Shown in pieces: positions 60,347 to 64,000 of a stretch of DNA of 64,000 bases. Each line of letters opens with the position of its first letter. Position 1 is the first letter of the stretch. The translations under genes were made by a program, and so were the position numbers. The notes beneath the pieces were generated by a model, which made no database searches, was not told where the DNA came from, and worked only from the letters and a program-made list of their open reading frames with translations. Origin of the DNA: Aquificaceae bacterium (GTDB lineage Bacteria > Aquificota > Aquificia > Aquificales > Aquificaceae); assembly GCA_037925075.1 (NCBI GenBank), contig JAXSNR010000002.1, positions 1 through 64,000 of the forward strand. The letters are read 5' to 3'.

Positions 60347-60990
60347 AAGCCATCCTCTTTGACTTGGATGGAACGCTTATAGACTCCTACAAGGACATAG
60401 GAATCCATCTAAACAGGACTTTGATGGACTTCAAAAGGCGAGAGGTGGATATAGAAGAGGTCAGGTATATGGTGGGAGGTGGAGCAAGGGAGCTACTGAA
60501 AAGGTTTTTTCAGGATGGGCTTCTTGAAGAGGCTATAAAGGTTTTTAGGGAGTACTACCTAAGGGAGCCTGTTATACACACAAGACCTTTTGAAGGCCTA
60601 AGGGAAGTTCTTCAGGAGGCGGTCAAAAGGGGTATAAGGCTTGCGGTGGTCACCAACAAGATGGAAAGCCTCTCAAGGGTTATACTTCAAAGGCTTGACA
60701 TGGAAAAATATTTTTCAGTCCTTATTGGAGGAGACACTCTGCCAGAGAAGAAGCCCTCAGCCATGCCTGTACTTGAAGCCCTAAAGGGTTTAGGGGTTTT
60801 GCCCTCAGAAGCTATCATGGTGGGAGACACAGAATCAGACCTAAAGGCTGGCAGGCTTGCGGGTGTAAAAAGAGTACTTGCAAAATGGGGATACGTTAAG
60901 ATATATGAAGAGGTGCCAGACCTTGAGCTTGAAAGCCCAACAGATCTGGTTAAGTTAATCCACGCAGACCTCAAAGATCTTAGAACTTGA
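60337..60990 (+). CDS. HAD hydrolase (phosphoglycolate phosphatase-like)
   Basis: FDLDGTLIDS, VTNK, KKP, MVGD...D. Confidence 0.85.
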   Translation: MHLKAILFDLDGTLIDSYKDIGIHLNRTLMDFKRREVDIEEVRYMVGGGARELLKRFFQDGLLEEAIKVFREYYLREPVIHTRPFEGLREVLQEAVKRGIRLAVVTNKMESLSRVILQRLDMEKYFSVLIGGDTLPEKKPSAMPVLEALKGLGVLPSEAIMVGDTESDLKAGRLAGVKRVLAKWGYVKIYEEVPDLELESPTDLVKLIHADLKDLRT

Positions 60991-61179
60991 GGTAAAACCT
61001 TTGAGGAGCCTTACCTTTGATTTTGAAACCTTAAAGTGGTCTGCCAGAAGCTCCCTTATTCTCTCGTTGGCTTTGCCTCCCTCTGGTGGCTCTTTTACCC
61101 TAACCTCATAAAGATCCTTTTCTATCTCTTTTACGTACTCTACCTTTGATCCCGGCTTTGCTTTTACCCTCAAAATCAC
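60955..61179 (-). CDS. DUF167 (YggU) family protein
   Basis: VKAKPGS, PPEGGKAN, G.TSSSK. Confidence 0.85.
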   Translation of the reverse strand: MILRVKAKPGSKVEYVKEIEKDLYEVRVKEPPEGGKANERIRELLADHFKVSKSKVRLLKGFTSSSKIFEVCVD

Positions 61180-61382
61180 TCCTCTGTTATCTCCCTGAAG
61201 GCTTTGTACTTTATGGTGTAAAGCACCACAAAGCCATCTATGCCGTGCTCCCTTGCCAAGCTTGTTTCCACATCAAGCACCTCTCCACCTTCTTGCTCCA
61301 ATGCGGAAAGGACCTCGTTAAGCTTCTCTGTTATCTCTTTATTGTCACCCTCAAGGGAGACCACCATACACCTATATGCCAT
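61176..61382 (-). CDS. Small hypothetical protein
   Basis: 68-aa ORF packed in the operon. Confidence 0.6.
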   Translation of the reverse strand: MAYRCMVVSLEGDNKEITEKLNEVLSALEQEGGEVLDVETSLAREHGIDGFVVLYTIKYKAFREITEE

Positions 61383-61384
61383 GT

Positions 61385-62254
61385 TTAAAAGTATAACTCT
61401 TCAAAGCTGTCAAGCCCCTTATAAACCATAAAAAGCCTCTCAAGCCCTATGGAACATCCCGCACAGGCTGGGAAGCTTTCATAAGCCTTGAGAAGCTCCT
61501 CATCCAAGGGTAGGTTTCTACCCCTTTTAAAGTTCTCCATCCTCTTCCTTATCTCCTCAGGGTTTGTCTCTTCCGTCCAGCCGTTGGCTATCTCTATGCC
61601 TTTTATATAAAGCTCAAACCTCTCCGCATAGCCATCCACCACCTTTGCGTAAGAACTTAGCCCTTTAGGAAAGTGGGTTATAAACTCGGGCTTTTCTCTC
61701 CCAAGATGCCTTTCCACCTCCACGTATATCCTGAAAAAGAGAGTTTCCCAGTCCTCCTTGTCGTCAAATTCGTAGCCGTAGGCGAGAAGGTTGTTTTTAA
61801 AAATCTCCTCATCCTCCGAAAGCACCACACCCGCATACTCCTCAAAGGCATGCTCAAGCCTGATAGTTAGGTAATCTTCCGCTATCCTCAAAAAGCTTAG
61901 AAGCTCACCTATCTCTTCTATCAAATGGCGGTAGTCCGCATCCAGTTTGTACCACTCAAGCATGGTGAATTCTCTTTTGTTTAGCCTTCCGCATTCGTCG
62001 TTTCTAAAAACCTTGGCAATCTGGAATATGTCCCTCTTGTGCTCGGCCAGAAGCTTTTTCATGGAGAACTCTGGTGAGGTCTGAAGCCACAGCTTTTTCT
62101 CTTTTCCGCATTCTATCACCTTTAGCTCTATGGGCTCTACGTTTAGGTCTATGTTTGGATATTCCAGAAGAATGGGGGTATGAACTTCTAAGTATCCCTT
62201 TTTTTTGAAAAACTCTTTGACCTTATCAATGAATTGAGACCACTCAAAGATCAT
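61385..62254 (-). CDS. epmA: EF-P lysine aminoacylase (EpmA/GenX-like)
   Basis: EVHTP, LQTSPEFSMKKLL, FRNDE, EFTMLEWY, ERFELY..GIE.ANG, GLERL. The ORF-track start runs through tRNA-His, so ATG 62254 is used. Confidence 0.85.
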   Translation of the reverse strand: MIFEWSQFIDKVKEFFKKKGYLEVHTPILLEYPNIDLNVEPIELKVIECGKEKKLWLQTSPEFSMKKLLAEHKRDIFQIAKVFRNDECGRLNKREFTMLEWYKLDADYRHLIEEIGELLSFLRIAEDYLTIRLEHAFEEYAGVVLSEDEEIFKNNLLAYGYEFDDKEDWETLFFRIYVEVERHLGREKPEFITHFPKGLSSYAKVVDGYAERFELYIKGIEIANGWTEETNPEEIRKRMENFKRGRNLPLDEELLKAYESFPACAGCSIGLERLFMVYKGLDSFEELYF

Positions 62255-62270
62255 CCAAAGGATTATAACA

Positions 62271-62347
62271 TGGGGAGAGCGACGGGAGTCGAACCCGCGA
62301 CCCGTGGATCCACAGTCCACTGCTCTGCCAGCTGAGCTACGCTCTCC
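62271..62347 (-). tRNA. tRNA-His(GTG)
   Basis: G-1 plus GAGAGCG acceptor, anticodon arm GTGGA-CTGTGGA-TCCAC, GGTTCGACTCC, C73-CCA. Confidence 0.95.
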
Positions 62348-62370
62348 TCAATCTATTAATTATAAAACTC

Positions 62371-63078
62371 CTAGCTCTTTCCTGCAAGGTTCATTATGAG
62401 GGCTACTGCTACAGCTCCAGCCATCTCAGTCCTGAGTATGTAAGGCTTCAGGAAAAGGGGCTTAAAGCCCTTACCTTTGAGAAGCTGTACTTCCTCAAGA
62501 GCCAAGCCACCCTCAGGTCCAACCAATATACCGTAAGTCTTACTGCTTAAGTTCACATCCTTAATCTCCAAGCCACCAGAAAAGTTATCCAGCACCAGAT
62601 TTAGCTCTTCTTTTGGGATTAAATCTGACAGATTGACGGGACTGCCTATTTCCATGGGTTTTGGCCTTTTGCATTGTTTAAAAGATGCAAGGCTCAACCT
62701 TCTCCATCTTTCCAGCTTTTCTTCAATCAGGCTTATTTTCCGAAAACCCCTCTTACACAAGACTGGGACAAGGGATTTTGCTCCCGTTTGACTTACCCTG
62801 TCTATTACTTCCTCCATAAGTTTTAGCTCCAAGGGCACGCACTGGTAAAGGGTTATCTCTGGCTCTGGTAGTGGGATGTCTATTTCCTCTAATGGCTTAC
62901 ATAGTGCATAACCTTTTTCCCTTTCAATATGTAAGAGCAGGCACAAGAAAAGCCTACCTTTGCAAAAGACCTCAAGCCTATCACCCTTCTTAATCCTTAG
63001 AGCTTTAAGATGGTTGAATTCCTGACCGCTTATTATAAAAAGCTCTCCCTCCTGGCCCGTGCATATTAGCCTCTCCAT
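62371..63078 (-). CDS. rsmE: 16S rRNA m3U1498 methyltransferase
   Basis: HLKALRI, ASFKQCKR, VGPEGG, ILRTEMA. Confidence 0.88.
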   Translation of the reverse strand: MERLICTGQEGELFIISGQEFNHLKALRIKKGDRLEVFCKGRLFLCLLLHIEREKGYALCKPLEEIDIPLPEPEITLYQCVPLELKLMEEVIDRVSQTGAKSLVPVLCKRGFRKISLIEEKLERWRRLSLASFKQCKRPKPMEIGSPVNLSDLIPKEELNLVLDNFSGGLEIKDVNLSSKTYGILVGPEGGLALEEVQLLKGKGFKPLFLKPYILRTEMAGAVAVALIMNLAGKS

Positions 63079-63084
63079 AGGGGT

Positions 63085-63102
63085 GCGGGGCGTCCGCCCC
63101 GC
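63085..63102 (-). other. GC-rich hairpin between hup and rsmE
   Basis: GCGGGGCG-TC-CGCCCCGC inverted repeat with no U-tract; may be an mRNA stabiliser or weak terminator. Confidence 0.5.
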
Positions 63103-63108
63103 CCGTAA

Positions 63109-63381
63109 TTACTTCACAGAATCTCTGAGCTCTTTGGCAGGCTTAAAAGCAACCACCTTCCTTGCTGGTATCTTTATCTCTGCACCAGTCCTTGGATTCC
63201 TACCCTTTCTTGCTGCCCTAGTCCTGACTGTGAATATGCCAAATCCGGGCACTGCGACCCTTTCGCCCTTCTTGAGAGCTCCAGAGACTGCCTGAATGGC
63301 AGACTTTAGCGCGGCATCAGCCTGCTTTTTGGTAATACCTGCCCCTTTGGCTATGGCTGAAACGAGCTCAGCTTTTGTCAT
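63109..63381 (-). CDS. hup: DNA-binding protein HU
   Basis: MTKAELV, GFGIF, RKGRNPRTG, FKPAKEL. Confidence 0.95.
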   Translation of the reverse strand: MTKAELVSAIAKGAGITKKQADAALKSAIQAVSGALKKGERVAVPGFGIFTVRTRAARKGRNPRTGAEIKIPARKVVAFKPAKELRDSVK

Positions 63382-63469
63382 GGTATTCCCTCCTTACAAA
63401 GTTTTTAGCGGTTTATAATGATATATCAAGTCAAGTAAAAATGCAAGAGGCTTTTTAGGGATTTTAAAC

Positions 63470-63895
63470 ATGAAAAGTGTGTTTTTTGCAATTCTTGCCA
63501 GCCTTGTATGGGGAACAGCACCGGTGCTCTTCAAGCTAGGTTTGAGGGGAGATTTACATCCCATAACAGCCTTAGTTTTTCATAACCTTTCTGCTTTTCT
63601 ACTTGCCCTCATAATTACGTTTATAACAGGAATGAAGCTGAACTATCCTCTTAAAGAGACCTTGCTAATAGTAGCCGGTGGTGTCATGTCTGGCTTTCTC
63701 GGACTCCTTTTCTTCTTTAAGGCGGTAAAATCTGGGGATGTATCTGTGGTAGCACCCATCGCCTCTACATCTCCCTTGTGGGGGTCTATTATAGCTTTTC
63801 TAATCCTTGGTGAACCCTTTAGCTGGCTTAGAGCCTTTGGTATACTTCTGGTGGTATGCGGAATAGTTTTAATAAGCCTATCATCTGGCAGGTAG
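63470..63895 (+). CDS. EamA/DMT family transporter (single repeat)
   Basis: Hydrophobic; VSVVAPI, LILGE motifs. Confidence 0.85.
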   Translation: MKSVFFAILASLVWGTAPVLFKLGLRGDLHPITALVFHNLSAFLLALIITFITGMKLNYPLKETLLIVAGGVMSGFLGLLFFFKAVKSGDVSVVAPIASTSPLWGSIIAFLILGEPFSWLRAFGILLVVCGIVLISLSSGR

Positions 63896-64000
63896 CCCTT
63901 TCCCTTCCTACAAGCCTTTTATTGTACTTACCCTTTTCCAAATATGAGCTTTGGTTTTTTATCTTTCCTGCTCTTTTGTTTCTTTTGTGGCAAAGGAAAG

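Noticed and set aside
63896..64000. Partial gene at the window end
   Set aside because: Too short to assign a frame or product.

Overview
Bacterial chromosome window that looks like Aquificaceae (Hydrogenobacter/Thermocrinis-like), inferred from the Aquifex-type FlgM, stand-alone atpA and compact gene packing. The main feature is a complete, AT-rich 12,256-bp Tn7-like transposon (665-12920). It has TGT...ACA ends, arrays of 18-bp TnsB-type sites and a 5-bp CCACC target duplication, and it splits the competence gene dprA; removing it restores an in-frame 337-aa DprA. It encodes TnsA, TnsB, TnsC, a long TniQ/TnsD-like protein and a distal TnsE-like protein. Its cargo is a fused restriction-methyltransferase and a DUF5131/TcmP pair; no cas genes or CRISPR array are present. 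A 3' tRNA-Ala fragment at 82-126 marks the probable end of a second, integrase-type island upstream of the window. The rest is mostly housekeeping genes plus tRNA-Ser and tRNA-His. Other notable parts are an AT-rich wecB/YaiO-like/GT2/deacetylase polysaccharide locus (27.5-35.1 kb), a triplicated Uma2 nuclease array with a hypervariable central segment, several probable frameshifts, and a recurring bidirectional -10 motif in very short divergent gaps. Family assignments come from motif recognition only; no database searches were run.
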